54,350 bases of DNA from Halocafeteria seosinensis (Eukaryota): contig LVLI01000315.1 in NCBI GenBank assembly GCA_001687465.1, forward strand, positions 1 to 54,350, in the 5' to 3' direction. Of the stretch, positions 37,723 through 49,615 are shown piece by piece. Numbering within the stretch: position 1 is the stretch's first letter; each line of letters starts with the position of its first letter. The notes under the pieces were generated by a model that saw only the letters and a list, made by a program, of their open reading frames with translations, was not told the DNA's origin and searched no databases. The translations under genes were made by a program, and so were the position numbers.

Positions 37723-40700
37723 CTACGACTGTTCTAGTGAAAAATATGTTAAGAACTCGTACGCTCGAGAAACGATGGAGCGAGCCACTCCGGCACTCTG
37801 TGCAACCTCAATGCCATAACTCTTTGTTGTCACGCCGTACTCTAACTTGAATAGGAATACAGGAAACGAAGTCTCACTGGATAAAACGGACATCGTGGCA
37901 GTCTTTACGTCTGGTGAGTTCTCACTTCCCCATCGAGTTATCTTGGTTAAGTGAGAGGTGCATATTGTCCGGCAACCGATATTGTTGTGCAGATAGTGCA
38001 ATATCGCTTCGCCTACCGCACCACCTTCCTGAGCGGAGGTTCTTCTACCCAGTTCTGCACCGAACAACTTCCAGTGATTTAAACAAACAAGCATCAGAAG
38101 ACTAGCGTAACAAACCTACCATCAATAGCAACCAACGTCCTACTTGTGGCTGACCTAACGACAGAGGACAGTTGGCGCATCTCCGTCATGTAGGCGGATA
38201 CACCCGCAGACGTATCGTCATACAAACCGATGTTTGTTAAAACGTTGTCGCAGCAGCGTACGACGCAAAGCTGTGCAGGGACAAAAGATCCTAGTTGAGC
38301 CATGATTACTATAAGACAGCACATTCGGCAATATGTACTCTTTCCACCCATGTTTGGACCTGATTGACAAGAGCGAACATCTGCTGCTCATGTAATAAGA
38401 AAACAAAAAGCAAACTGAGTCCATACCTGAAAGGATTAAAGTGTTACAAGATTTGTCTACAAGCGATCCTGGAACTATCCCTTTAAGTTCTTGGGGACTC
38501 TCCGTGACTCCGAGAGAGATATCATTGGGTACAAAGGCGCTTTCGTTCATTGTGTTATATGAAACTGGTTTCTCGTGTTCCAAACGATCCAAGCGATCAT
38601 CTCTATAGGATGCTCCCGCAGCTTCCATCAAAGGGTGTCGTGCTTTCGAAGCCCACAAACCACACATGCCCTTTTGTTCCAAGATTCGTGGCCTCGAGTA
38701 GTTCAAAGCAGAAGCCGCGCATCCCTGCATCTCAGTACATTACTCATTCTTGTATCCCCTTCTTCACATAGTAGATTCATGTATACTCACAAGAGATTGG
38801 ATTACGTCAACAACCCCTACAAGCGCAAAGAGTTCATCAATGCTTGCACAAAGAGACGATGCGATCTGTTCTTGCCATCGTTGCCAAGCATCGCGATAGC
38901 TGATCTGTAGGTGAGCTCTAGCAACAGCTAGATATCCTCTCTCACGATTGGCGAGTCTCTCAACGCTTGGTGGCCTAAACCTCAGGACTTTAGACGTTTC
39001 AGATACAAGGACCCAGTTGTGGGGCAGCATCGCACCGTTCTCTCTCTGCACTCCGAAAGGTTCACTGGAGCCAAATGAGTTCTTGACCAGTGGATCTGTC
39101 CTATCGAGCTCTATCAAATATTCCTCCATTGAACCGTTGGCTAGATGCAAGGGTTCTCTATAGCCTAAGTCGGGCCGATCCAAAGACTTGCGCAATGCAT
39201 CAAGTTCTTCGTCAAGTCTCCTTTGGATCCCATCTATTTCCTGTTTCTGTTTCCGGAGCTGAGCAAACTTTTTCTCTTCCGCTTCGCTTTTAAACGCATC
39301 AATTGGTGATCCTGCGGTTGATTGAAACGCTTCATAGGGACTCTTTCCACGCTCCCACTTCTTCAAAAATAAAACAAGTTCCGTAATACTTCCCCCGGTG
39401 GCGCTACTCTCCATAAATTGTTCGTAGATTCGTAAGTCATTCAACGCCTGAGCAGCGTCAACTGTTAAGCAATCCACGCTTACCCGTCCAGCCAGTCGCA
39501 CCAACAACGTCAAATCCGAGTGACTCGCTATTCGCCGAGCAATCTCTGGAAGCGTTGCTAACGTAAGGAGGAATAAGCAACATCTCGCAGGCGAAAGCTT
39601 TCCTATTCGGAGAAGTTGAAAATTACGCTGGAAATCATAATTAGGAATCTGCCGCAGGACTTCCACCAATTCTTCCCACGGCGTGTGCCCTACAAACGCC
39701 TGAGAATCGACGAGGCAGTAGGAAACGAAGAGATTTCGGCCATAACTCAACGCTGATGCTTACCTCAACGGCATCCAGTCTTTCGTCAATACTTTCTTTG
39801 TCAGTCAAGGGATTCTCGATCCACTCTTTAAGCAGTCGGTGCCCACTCCTACTACAGATTCGTCCCGAGAGTATACTCAGTAATGATCCCTTTCCTACTC
39901 GAGAAGTCTGCGGGAAAACGTGTGTAATGTGTGATCGACGTGGTTGTAAAACAAAGACAACATACACTTGTATGGATTAATTCTAGATCCATCATAGTTC
40001 TTCCGGAGAGCTTCATTTGTCTCCCAACAGGTGCCCAAGGAGATAAGGTATCATGCAAAAAATTTGAATCGCATCTGCACCGTAAGAAGTACGTAATTAG
40101 CCCACAGAGTGAACGTTTAATTTCTACTTCACCATCAATATTAGGTTGCAGGGATTGCATGCAGAGAGTAACTTTCATTGACTCAGTTACGGAGAAGTAG
40201 TGTTCAGGAATCCATTCAATGCGTAACATCCGTCCTTCTGGAATGTTCAATGAATCTGTGAGAGCGACGTCGTCACCGGAATATACAGGAGCAGGAGCAG
40301 AGGATTTCCCATCCATATCCAATGACGGCCACAGCCCATAGTATGATAACTCTGAGAGTTTTGTTAGCGCATTCCAACCATTGTCACGGTCATTTGGAGG
40401 TAAGACGCCTAGTGCATTTTCCAGCGCCTCTTTCAAAGCGATGCGCCTGACGTCCTCAAGGGTGCTGATATCCTCGTACAGGCCATAACCAGCTAAAACA
40501 GGAGGTAGTTTGAGGCTTACTCTCTGTGTCGCTGCGAACCTCTTCAGTGAGAGGAGAGTGGGAACAGAGAGACAATACTCCCGCTCACCAAGAGTACAAT
40601 CTGATATCAGAACTTCTGATGGATTCAAATTCTCCAGAAACACACGCAGTTCCTCACGAGAGTTTCCAGTCTCTGTCCAATAGCGATACCTCAGATCCCC

Positions 40701-41646
40701 AGTCTCAGAGTTCAGGACAATGGCGCCAAACGAAACGGTTTGAGGGTATAATAACTGATTTAGCTGATGACCTACTCCCGGCTCAATATGGCCTTCATAT
40801 AACGAGAGAGTAACACTATCCTCCGGAACATTACGATAATAGGAGGAATAAGTTGCATGCGTGAAAATGTGATCAATCTGGCGATCAAACAGCTGAGACT
40901 CGCCGAACGTCTCTGTAGTACTAGTAGAGTCTGATTTCGACTCATGTCCAGAATGCTTTAGCGGGGCACTTTCCTTCTGCGAAACGAGACCTACACGCAA
41001 GCCTGCGTTCACTGCAGCTGACATTGCTCGATGGGCGAACGTGACAGGAAAACTGCGTGGGGTACAAACGACAGTTCTCCACGAGCAAGTCTAGCGTCCC
41101 GGCTATCCCTTACCTGCAAAGCCTGAAATTGTTCAGTTTGAAATCTTTGTACCCACGTAGCTTAGCCACAATTACCGCCTCGGGTCCAAAAAGACGGATT
41201 CTATGGCCGATCTGTAGGTGTGGTGGTGTCCCTCAGGTATGAGGTCGCGCTGCTCCGTGGACGCATTGCTGGGTCACACGTACCTGAACGAAAAGAGCAA
41301 CTCCAGGGTATCGCTGTTTCCATTTCACTACAGTTCGCTCTAAAGGCGTCAGATCACGCCTGTATATCTCAGGACTGGAAAGATCCTTGCTTGCTTCAGC
41401 GGACGTCGATGTAGATGTGGCAGTGGGTGCAGCACCGAAGTACTTGGAAGATACAGATTGTGTTTCGTCTGATTGTTCCCGTCCTCTCTTTTGTGTGCTA
41501 TGGGTGTCCGATCCCTGAGGGCGTTTCCGCGTGGTACACTTGCTGGAAGTAGCAGTGGTCGATCGACTCAGTTCTCGGGTACCATACGCGTACCCACCGA
41601 GCAAGTCCTTGAACGAGGGGGTGGAACTCCCTTTATCTCCTTCCAT
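37723..41646 (-). CDS. MSH3: MutS homolog, MSH3-like, multi-exon
   Basis: LTPLE...K..YPG...VGHRIRLFGPEA (MSH3 GYKYRFFG-like), AGLRVGLVSQKESAPLK, G.RLLKEWI.NPL, RHPLME, Walker A G|PNMGGKSTY, MAQLGSFVPA, SAYMTEM, IDELGR.TS, SH, KSYGIEVA. Confidence 0.85.
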
Positions 41647-42518
41647 ATTCAACACACAGAGACTATGGAAGAACTTTGCAGTACCAGCTATTGAGCACAG
41701 CACACAATGCTCGTTGCAGCGATGAATTACATATTTGTGAAACTGAGTGAAGTCATGACTCATGAATCATGATCGCATTCGGAGCCTTGAAGTCTGGACC
41801 GACTCCTCTTTGGAGCACTCTGGTTTGCTGTCAGCAATCAAACAACCTGGCAGTGGCAAACTCTGGTGCAGTGGCTGCAATGGGTGGTCAGGAGTTCCAA
41901 TGAATCATTATCACACATTCAACTTCAACGACAGTGGAGTGGACACAATTTCAAAGCGAAGTTGTCACACATGAGTGGGTGTAGCAGTCCATGGCAATAG
42001 CAGAACTTCCAGAATCACTTGCAACGTTTGGAGGTGCCAGCCTTATCTAACCATCTATCACGGTGGCAGGGTGCCCTCCAATTCGGGAATGGGAGCTCAC
42101 AGGAGCTGGTTGGTTATAGGTTTGAGTTATGGGGTTCCGTATTTCGTACACAGGGCGGGTGGGTGGACAGTGGTACTCCTCATGCTCCGCCGAAAATCTT
42201 TGTGGCACTCGTTTCAGATCCCCCCTCCATGACTCCTCATAAAAGCTCTCTCAATGCACTAGAGTGCGCGAGTGACGACAATCGACAGACAACCTTCGAG
42301 AGAATCTAGATCGTGCAGTACGTGAAGTTCACAAACCACCAACATCGTGGTTGTCGAACTTGTATCATATTGATACAATGCGACAGTACAGTATCGTTAG
42401 CCAGTCGTAAGAATTAATCTTGTCAGGATAAAAACGCCTAGACTCATGATGTCCTGATCATGCGAATTTCGCTTTGCTTTGCTTCACCTTGGAACGTAGG
42501 GTTGTTGCGTGTGCAGTT

Positions 42519-43986
42519 ATGGGAGCCTTCATCTTCAGTGCAGGGGCTTTGGCCATCGCTGTTGTCTGTGGTGTACTCGCCATTGTCGCTTCCGGAGCTA
42601 ATGTGTATCTGCATCTCTACCATTTCAGATTTCCGGAGTTGCAGAGGCCCATAATAAGGATCATCATAATTGTGCCAGTGTACGCACTGGGCTCTGTCTT
42701 GTCTCTGGCGCTGCGCGATCAGGAACCATATTTCGTCGTCGTCCGTGATATATATGAAGCATTCGTTGTATACTCGTTTTTACACTTGATACTGGAATAT
42801 ATTGGAGGAGAAGGTGTATGTGTAATGAAGCTGCAAGAAGAGTGTGAAATGCGGCATCCTTGGCCACTCTGCAAGTTACCGCCGATCCACTTAAACGACA
42901 GGTTCATCACTAGGTAAGTAAACGGTGCCCGACTGTTGCGTCCTGCAATCTTACTATCTGTTTTTTAGTGTGATTACAGGTGTAAGCAGTATACCCTTCA
43001 ATTTGTTTTCGTCAAACCAGTAATGGCTGCTATTTCTGTTATAATGTTAGCTACGGGGCGCTATGAGTCCTTAGGATATCAAGTATTCTCTTTATTCGTA
43101 TATAATCTCTCATATTCTGCGGCATTGTATGCGTTGGTACGTTTTGTGCGTCGGACATATCACCCGGTGATATGCTTTATCGATTTAAAGCCACCATCAC
43201 TACCATGGTATGTGATCGCAGTTTCTGTTCTACCTGGCCACGAGGAAGTTGCTGAAAGGGTTCCATCCAGTAGCCAAGTTCTTTGCGGTAAAGACGATTG
43301 TCTTTGCGACCTACTGGCAATCACTCGTTATTCGCACTTTTCCCGGCGATCGCGAGAAATCTGACGCTTGGAATAATCTAATACTGTGCATTGAAATGCT
43401 TTTATTCGCTGCTATTCATTGGTTCGCTTTCGGGTATAGTGAGTTTACACCGGGCGGATCGGCTCTTAAGGCGGTATCTACAGCAGCAGTCGAAAACACT
43501 TCTTCTAAGGCCGCTCAACCTGTTTCCGTCGGGCCAATGTCGAGGAAGAAAAAATACCAAGAACTCGACAATTCGGAAGGAAGCACTCCTAGATCGAGTC
43601 GGTCGATGTCAGAAAACGTTAATGAGGATGCCAGTTTTGCTGGTAGTAACAGAGCATTGGTTTTATCGCGTGCGAAGCAAGTACTCAGTTATGGAGACGT
43701 TATGACTGAGGCAGTGCATAACTTTCATCCAGCGTATAGACGGTATCAGTCTGTGTGGAACGTGGATGAGCATCAGCTGAGTAACAGCTCTTTTTCCGAA
43801 GAAGAGCTTTCACTAGACGAAGGCAAGGAGCAAGAAACACGACGACCAACAAATGCTCTACAGGCAATATCGACTGCTCCAACTGGTATAACTAGGCCGG
43901 CATCACGTTCGCTTCCGCCTGAAATGGATATGTCAAGGGACGACGAGTTTCACGACATTGTGATAGATTCAACTGAACCAAAATAG
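42519..43986 (+). CDS. TMEM184: TMEM184/OST-alpha family membrane protein, 3 exons
   Basis: LQRPIIRIIIIVPVYA, RDIYEAFVVYSF, HPWPLC, CKQYTLQFVFVKP, HPVAKFFAVKTIVFATYWQ, LCIEM. Confidence 0.9.
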
Positions 43987-44644
43987 TCCAAACAAACGCT
44001 TCGTGCATTTCCCATACACGAAGCAATTTGTGCGCTTCTCTGGAGCTGCACATGAATCAGACGTATATGACGGAAACTGCTGCGGCCAGACCTCATCAAT
44101 CGGCTGTGAGGACAGATTTGCTTTCATCTTGACAGGAGCCATAAGGGTATCATGGCGAGGGACGAACAAGTATATTCATAGATCAAAGAGACGAGGATTG
44201 ATATAACCACACTTGGTTATCCATTGTGGGTTCTTGACCCAGCATCTACTACTGTGGGTGCAACAACGTAGACTGTAATTCTGAATTTGGGTAAGTACAG
44301 GTGAAAAGAGTCGCGCAGGTTGATTGTGACTGTCAACAAACAAACAAACCAGTGATTCGACAAATGGTCCTTTCATTTGTCTAGTTCTGTAATACTCTTG
44401 GCATGGAAGTTCCGCTTGTTCCAACCAGAATTATACTAGGCTTTGTACACAGCGACTAGCACACGTCCGAACAGAAATCTTCCAAGTTATCATGGTGCAC
44501 GATACTTGTTTACAGATGAGCTTACTTCCCAATCGTTAGTACCGCCCTGTCCTTCGGAATGGCATTCGCAATCAGAGGACTAACAGACACTGGACATGCG
44601 TCAAAGTGATTGACAGACGTTATACCATATGGTACGAGCCGTCA

Positions 44645-45201
44645 CTATTTCCCCGTTTCGTTGGAATTGTCGCTCAAATGAACACCCATATAGTTCTCGC
44701 ATATATCTTTCGATAGTTCTTCCATTTCCTCTAGATTCAGCATACCCATACCACGATTATGAACCTGCGGTCCGTCCTCTTACTTCATAACTAATATCCA
44801 CAGCACCCCACCGGAGCCATTGTCTCAGCTTACCACCTCAAAACTTTTTTGTAATTTATCAGCCACTTCTGGTGGGAAATAGTACTTTAAAAACCCTCTT
44901 AAATTGCTCCAGAAGAATTGGCCTTCGCTGTGGAAGCCTTCCAGGCTTGTGCTTGTATCATCTCCCTGTTGCTGTCCAGAAGACGCCGGTAATTGCTTCT
45001 TCGAAGAAGCAGATAGATCTCCGAACAGAGACTTTAATAAATTGGCACCTCCATCCTTCTGCATTAGCACCATTGAATACATAACATGCTTCTGCATACC
45101 AGAGTCGGAAAGGGTGGCCTTACGGGAGGGGTGATTTCAGCGCCAGCACTGCGTATTTTGGGATACCGCTGAAGGCGTCTATAGAACTCCTCCTCGTCCA
45201 T
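44645..45201 (-). CDS. Small hypothetical protein, 3 exons
   Basis: MDEEEFYRRLQRYPKIRS | ...FFWSNLRGFLKYYFPPEVADKLQKSFEV | VHNRGMGMLNLEEMEEL...*, with canonical splice sites. Confidence 0.65.
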
Positions 45202-45378
45202 TATACCCTTATATACTCAGAAGATGTACAGAGGTAGTAATGACAATGTAATAAGAGAGAGAGAACTGAATAATTTTCACACAAGATCAGGAATTCTTCA
45301 ATGTCTTTTAGGTATTGTTTGAGCGCTCTTATTCATCTCCCGACCTTCATACGGTCTATATTGTAAAACATTTAGAAT

Positions 45379-46950
45379 ATGAGTATGCGTGTGCCCGAAA
45401 GGGAGGGGTCGAAACGAGCAGCATGGGACATGGAGGACCTCAGGGATGGGGGCTTCAAGACTCCAAGGGGGAATTCACATACGCCTTCTCCCTCTACAAT
45501 GAGTCCATTAGCTATGCTTAGCTTCACTGACAGCGCTGCAAGGAGAAGAAAAACCTTCCCTGATGTTGCGGCCCCGAGGTGGGCTGGATCAGCGTATATT
45601 GAGGAGACAACAGAGGAATGGAAGCGCCGCCAAGAGGAAGTGGAACGCTATCGACAGCTCATTCGAGAGAGCCATTACCTACAAACAGGGCTCTCTCCTG
45701 ATAAAAACGATGATGTGTTTAGCGAAAAGCATACTGTTCGTAATGGGTACCGATCCCCCTCCTTGGTCAGCTCTTCTTCGAGACTGCGGCAACGAAGAGG
45801 ATTGGAGGAAATGAACGGGGGTTTGCATCGTCCAGCCCCTTCAAAATGGGGAATGGCGAGCCCTTCGACATTTCACTCCAACAACTGCAAGTTCTCCTCG
45901 TCTCACATTCTTTTCCCGTCAGAATCGTCGTCGGATTTGTACAGTGCAAGTAGCTCTGATGCCAAACGCGAAATTTTTGAAAGCCAGCTACCCCACAGCG
46001 GTACTCATCATTCGGAGCGAGAAGGAAGTAGCGCTCAATATGAGCAGTCCGTCCACAGTGCTCTGAGCCTATTGAGCAGCATTCAGTTGAAGGACACTTC
46101 GAAGTTGGAGGTTGAAGAGGAAGAATCCGAACAAGAGGAACCTTTAGGAGACAAATCCGCGAAAGAGATACGACAGTTGCTTGGCGTCAAGGACCCTCAT
46201 CGACTGATTCTTGGTCGTGAACCGCGTTTAACTAAAAGCGATTACGTGGAACTACTTGATATTCTGGACGAGAGTAAAGATGAAGATGAAATGCTGTCAA
46301 GAATCGATTCGCAGTTTGTTATTCGGAAGAAAATGTTCGCAATCCGAGATGGAGAATGGTTGAACGACGAGATAGTAAACACCGGCGTCGGGTATATCCG
46401 ACACAGAACACAAGAAGAAGGAAGATTGAAGGTTTGGGTAACAAACTCTTTTTTTATGAACTCCTTGTACTATAACGAGCGACAGTACAAGTATGGCAAT
46501 GTACGTCGCTGGACTCGGAGGGCGAAGATTGATATAACAGAATTAGATAGAGTGGTTGTTCCGATTAACCTAGGAAGTGTTCATTGGATTTGTGCGTGCA
46601 TTTTTCTTAAAGACAAAGAGATTGTGTCATATGACAGTATGGGAAGATCCACACGGTACCCAGAACTTCAGGTCCTTCGACGCTGGGTGAGTGATGAAAC
46701 AGCTGACAAGAAGGGAGAGAGTAATAGATGGGACACAAGTTCATGGACGTTGCGAGCAGCGGATCCTGAAGTAGTGCCTCAACAACACAACGGCTGTGAT
46801 TGTGGTGTATTCATGTATTGCATTTGCCGGAGCTTGGCCCTCGGTCAACCATTTGATTTTAGCCAGAAGGATATGGCGTACGAGAGACGCAATTTGGTTC
46901 TGCAACTAGTGAGGCATTATCGCAAATTGCAGGATGAGAAGAAGGCGTAG
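45379..46950 (+). CDS. Ulp1/SENP SUMO protease (peptidase C48)
   Basis: WLNDEIVN, NSFF, VRRWT, VPIN...HW, YDSM, PQQHNGCDCGVF; His-Asp-Cys triad and oxyanion Gln are intact. Confidence 0.95.
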   Translation: MSMRVPEREGSKRAAWDMEDLRDGGFKTPRGNSHTPSPSTMSPLAMLSFTDSAARRRKTFPDVAAPRWAGSAYIEETTEEWKRRQEEVERYRQLIRESHYLQTGLSPDKNDDVFSEKHTVRNGYRSPSLVSSSSRLRQRRGLEEMNGGLHRPAPSKWGMASPSTFHSNNCKFSSSHILFPSESSSDLYSASSSDAKREIFESQLPHSGTHHSEREGSSAQYEQSVHSALSLLSSIQLKDTSKLEVEEEESEQEEPLGDKSAKEIRQLLGVKDPHRLILGREPRLTKSDYVELLDILDESKDEDEMLSRIDSQFVIRKKMFAIRDGEWLNDEIVNTGVGYIRHRTQEEGRLKVWVTNSFFMNSLYYNERQYKYGNVRRWTRRAKIDITELDRVVVPINLGSVHWICACIFLKDKEIVSYDSMGRSTRYPELQVLRRWVSDETADKKGESNRWDTSSWTLRAADPEVVPQQHNGCDCGVFMYCICRSLALGQPFDFSQKDMAYERRNLVLQLVRHYRKLQDEKKA

Positions 46951-47014
46951 TATTGTGCGCGCTATGTTTTGATAAACATATAAACGCACGGTGCAATCTA
47001 CCAGTGTGTTATTC

Positions 47015-48328
47015 TTACGGCCTTCTATAAGGTTCTACTAAGTATCCAGAAAATCTCTCTAAGGACTCCTTGCCTCTCACTTCTTCTTGCAACAGCGGCA
47101 TTTTAGTAATGTGGAAGTCCTGTAAAACACAATACACGCAACAAATAAGGATATAACATTGTGGTGCAAGAAATTCCCCATATTTTTTCTCAAGTCTTAC
47201 TTCGTATAAAGTGTCAATTTGGTCGATATACTTCTGCTGCATCTTCTCGCGGGCCAGACAAAGGGAACAGGGGCTATCGCGGTTGGGGTACAGGACTTGA
47301 TTCACTACAATATTGTGAGTGTCAATATCGTAGTTTGTAAGTTCTTGTACAAGCCTCTCAGTTTCGAAGAGACTAAGGAACTCAGGTATGCAAACGCATA
47401 CAAATGTGGTAACGTCCGGATCCTTGAACTGTTTGTTGACTAGGTCGACCACAACCTTGATGTCGTCTAATTTGGATTGAATTGTTTCTTGAGACGGACT
47501 GTTTTGCCCCATCATATTTGTCATCATATCCATGAGTCCGCCCATCCTGTTTCTTAAGCCACTGAGACTTTCCATGACGGAATTCATTGTAGAGGGAAAG
47601 CTGAGAAGCTTCAGCGTATGTCCTGTTGGAGCCGTATCGAACACAATGCAATCAAATTCCATTTGTTGGACGTGTTTGAAAACAGTGACGAAGCCCATTA
47701 GCTCGTCAATGCCCGGTACGTTTTTCATGATTTTCGACAAAAACGATTGCATTTCACTGTTTTCATCTTCTGGCATGGTTGAGTAAACATCTCCAGGCGT
47801 TACTTTGGAATCGACTTCCATACTGGACACAGCATACAGGTACACACCAATACACGTTTAAGCGGTACTCTCATGAATAAGCACTAAGTTGAGCCCATCC
47901 ATACCAATATAAGTTGCCATATCCCTCGACTAGTATTGGATCCGATGAGAACTTCTGGTTGAAGGCATCACTGCGCAGACGATTAACATCCCAAACGAGT
48001 GTCCCAAACCAATAAGATATAGCGGATGTACTCCGATAACAATAAAAAAATGCAACATCATTGTCATCATACCTTAAATTATGCGCCGGGTCTGTTGATA
48101 TCAATAATACATTCCTCCGAACTTTGCATAGCTGCGACGGACCACCAGTATGATTGGTTCATTCCCATACACGGGTGTCAGAGACAGACGCACCTCGATG
48201 CCCAAACAACAACTGGTTGTGGTCTTTCCGACGCCTCCTTTACCTCCGACAAAGATCCATCGTAATGTATGCTGCAGCACCACGTTCTCCAAGGAGGGAG
48301 GGAGCTCCTCCTCCTCCATAGCGGCCAT
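47015..48328 (-). CDS. GET3: Tail-anchored protein targeting ATPase GET3/ASNA1, multi-exon
   Basis: [71 protein letters not shown]. Confidence 0.97.
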
Positions 48329-48600
48329 TCTGATGGACAAAAATGTAACCAAACCTTGCTCTGCATGTACACTGTACTATCAGCAACAGCACTATGCTAT
48401 GATGACTACTAGATAGACTGTGGGACGCGCTCTGTGTGTGTGCAATAGAGCGTAATGGGCTTGTGAAGGTCACGCTGACACCCGCGCCACAGCCCATGAG
48501 GCTGTATTACATCAGTATCAGACCAATACGCGAGTTGATACAGGGTGGAATATTGATACCTTCTTGTTGAGAGTAGTGTGTGACGCTCCGAGGGAAAATA

Positions 48601-49338
48601 ATGGCGGCAACAACCACAACAGCTTCCTCCATGGTCTCCATGGAGGTTCAGAGCGGTGCTCATGCACCTCATAAAGACACATCTCAAGCCACTACTGCAG
48701 ACCAAACATCAGAAACAAAAGACTCCCAGCACCACCCCCTTGTCTGGCGCAATCAATCGGGCAGGGTGTGGAAAGTGAAGCAGAAAAAGTACGTTAGCCC
48801 CAGAGAGCATGGATTGTATACAGGATGAAATATAAGCTTTGGTGGAGAACTGCAGACGTTCGAGCTTGACGAATGCTTCCAAAGGAAAGGCGAATACTGG
48901 GAGCATTGCATTCAAGAAGCAGCAAGCTGAACGAGCCAAAAGAAAAGCGAACCAGAACCTTCAACAGACTCTCCGTGAACAGCAAAAGGAGGAACGAAGA
49001 GTACGTGATGGGCCTGATTTACCATCAATGCGCTGCTTTAAGAGTGAAATGGGTACTATAATATTCTCGTTTTTGTTGGTTTATTCTACAGGAGGAGGCG
49101 GAACGACAAGCTGAGAAACGCCGACGTAAAGCAGAAAATGAACTTAAGGGTGTGAAGTATCAAGAGGTATGTCAATAATTGAACTTGGACGGTGTGTGGA
49201 CCCTTGTTACCTAAACAACAATATGAGCAGATCAAGGATCCGGCGAAACTCAAACGGATGAACAAGAAACAACTTAAGAATGTAAAGAAACTACAGGTTA
49301 ACAAAGATGGTGTGAAGGAATTAGTGAAACCTTGGTAA
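48601..49338 (+). CDS. CCDC86: CGR1/CCDC86-family nucleolar coiled-coil protein, 4 exons
   Basis: SGRVWK...RRRKAENELKG..YQE|IKDPAKLKRMNKKQLKNVKK. Confidence 0.85.
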
Positions 49339-49615
49339 TGCATTGGAGCAATGTCCACGTAACCTCGCTTAGAGTAGACGGCGCAATTGGCGCGATGATC
49401 GGATGATTGCCAACAGTTGTATCGACTAAATAATGTGATTGGTCTTTTTTCAGCATCGTAAAATTAAGAGTAGTACCGCCCGCGTCGACTTTAATGCTTC
49501 GTGGTTTCGTTACATATTTCTAGTCCTGGCTGCAATAATGAGCTACACGATGCATAGTATTATTGTTTTTGTCTTGCCTCATCTAGTGGTCTACGGCCCC
49601 GGATTTGGGTTCTTC

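Noticed and set aside
41770..42450. Short plus-strand ORFs between MSH3 and TMEM184
   Set aside because: No recognisable family or convincing exon chain.
43990..44640. Possible small spliced minus-strand gene
   Set aside because: Splice-like signals exist, but I could not assemble a consistent reading frame.
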